Virus record (IMG/VR): IMGVR_UViG_2597489870_000002
Coordinates: 1 to 44,053 of that record
Origin: a virus
Taxonomy: Duplodnaviria > Heunggongvirae > Uroviricota > Caudoviricetes
Strand: one strand, 5' to 3'
DNA length: 44,053 bases
Shown in pieces: positions 43,538-44,053 of this stretch; position 1 is the first letter of the stretch, and every line of letters starts with the position of its first letter. The translations under genes and the position numbers were made by a program. The notes under the pieces were generated by a model. The model saw nothing but the letters and a program-made list of their open reading frames with translations, ran no database searches and was not told where the DNA came from.

Positions 43538-44053
43538 TTAGCTCTTTTCAGGACATTTGGTATTTGGCTGAATACGCGTTTCGTTATACGTCGTGGTAAT
43601 AACAACGGCTAAACCTGTCGTAAACTGGCACTCTTTACCCACCTGGGTAGAGGTATACACTTTGGTGCCTTCCTTATAGGTTAAAGAAACACCTTCCACT
43701 AAGGTTTTATCATTCACCATAGAACCCGCTGCCGCGCCTACAGCTCCGCCGCCAACTGCACCTGCCGTCGTTCCGGAATTGCTGCCAGACCCGACGTTGT
43801 GGCCGATAACACCGCCAGCGACTGCGCCAATAAGCGCGCCGAAGGCTTGTGCGTTCCGTTTATTTTGGGAGTTGTCTACGTCAACTTTTGCGGGAAGAAT
43901 GGAAATAATATTAACGGTTTTAGTTTCTTGTTTGGTATTCAGTTGATCGGTTTGATAAACATCGGCGGCATGATCGTCAGCATTTGACTGGCATCCTGCC
44001 AGAGTGAATGACGCTAACATTGCTACAGGCAGAAGACATTTTTTAAATTTCAT
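43538..44053 (-). CDS. yfgH: Host outer-membrane lipoprotein with glycine-zipper domain, YfgH-like
   Basis: 171 aa, lipobox LAGC, and GALIGAVAGGVIGH..GAVGGGAVGAAAG. Recognised as E. coli YfgH from memory; unverified. The start lies at the window edge. Confidence 0.6.
   Translation of the reverse strand: MKFKKCLLPVAMLASFTLAGCQSNADDHAADVYQTDQLNTKQETKTVNIISILPAKVDVDNSQNKRNAQAFGALIGAVAGGVIGHNVGSGSNSGTTAGAVGGGAVGAAAGSMVNDKTLVEGVSLTYKEGTKVYTSTQVGKECQFTTGLAVVITTTYNETRIQPNTKCPEKS

Overview
The window holds one temperate podovirus-type prophage, from its integrase (1-1257) to the lysis cassette (40971-42765). Two host genes that I recognise as yfgI/yfgH-like follow at 42983-44053. Gene order and the tailspike N-terminal domain resemble the epsilon15/phiV10 group; that call is from memory and has not been checked by search.

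Layout:
- int.
- Leftward early operon: 50-aa ORF, HTH protein, RecE-like exonuclease, RecT, AlpA-type Xis, small regulator, MT-A70 methylase, Ser/Thr phosphatase.
- Two-HTH repressor divergent from a cro-like gene.
- O-like initiator with internal iterons, then a lambda-P-like loader.
- A run of small translationally coupled genes, including DUF1064 and HNH.
- terS and terL.
- A reverse-oriented moron: 201-aa ORF, structured RNA and tRNA-Arg(UCU).
- Portal, scaffold, capsid and tail/ejection proteins.
- An AT-rich accessory island (31988-35660).
- A tailspike gene split by an IS66-family element.
- Two holin-like genes, a GH19 endolysin and nested spanins.

Main observations not explained by ordinary annotation:
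1. A 17-bp palindrome, ATTACC-N5-GGTAAT, occurs at 16 sites, 6 of them perfect. All sites are intergenic and sit at the start of essentially every transcription unit, usually just after an intrinsic terminator. This suggests a genome-wide operator network.
2. A near-consensus LexA box lies directly upstream of an 85-aa gene. That gene is a paralog of the C-terminal domain of the Bro-N antirepressor, and the repressor has no obvious autocleavage domain. Together these suggest an SOS-to-antirepressor induction circuit.
3. An ATGTGGTT box accompanies the palindromes.
4. A GTGACA(T)GTCAC palindrome is fused to terminators at three gene ends.
5. The IS insertion is clean, with an 8-bp target duplication, and its removal restores a 765-aa tailspike.
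6. Several uncharacterised moron cassettes could be exclusion or defence genes.

No CRISPR array and no recognisable known defence system were seen.
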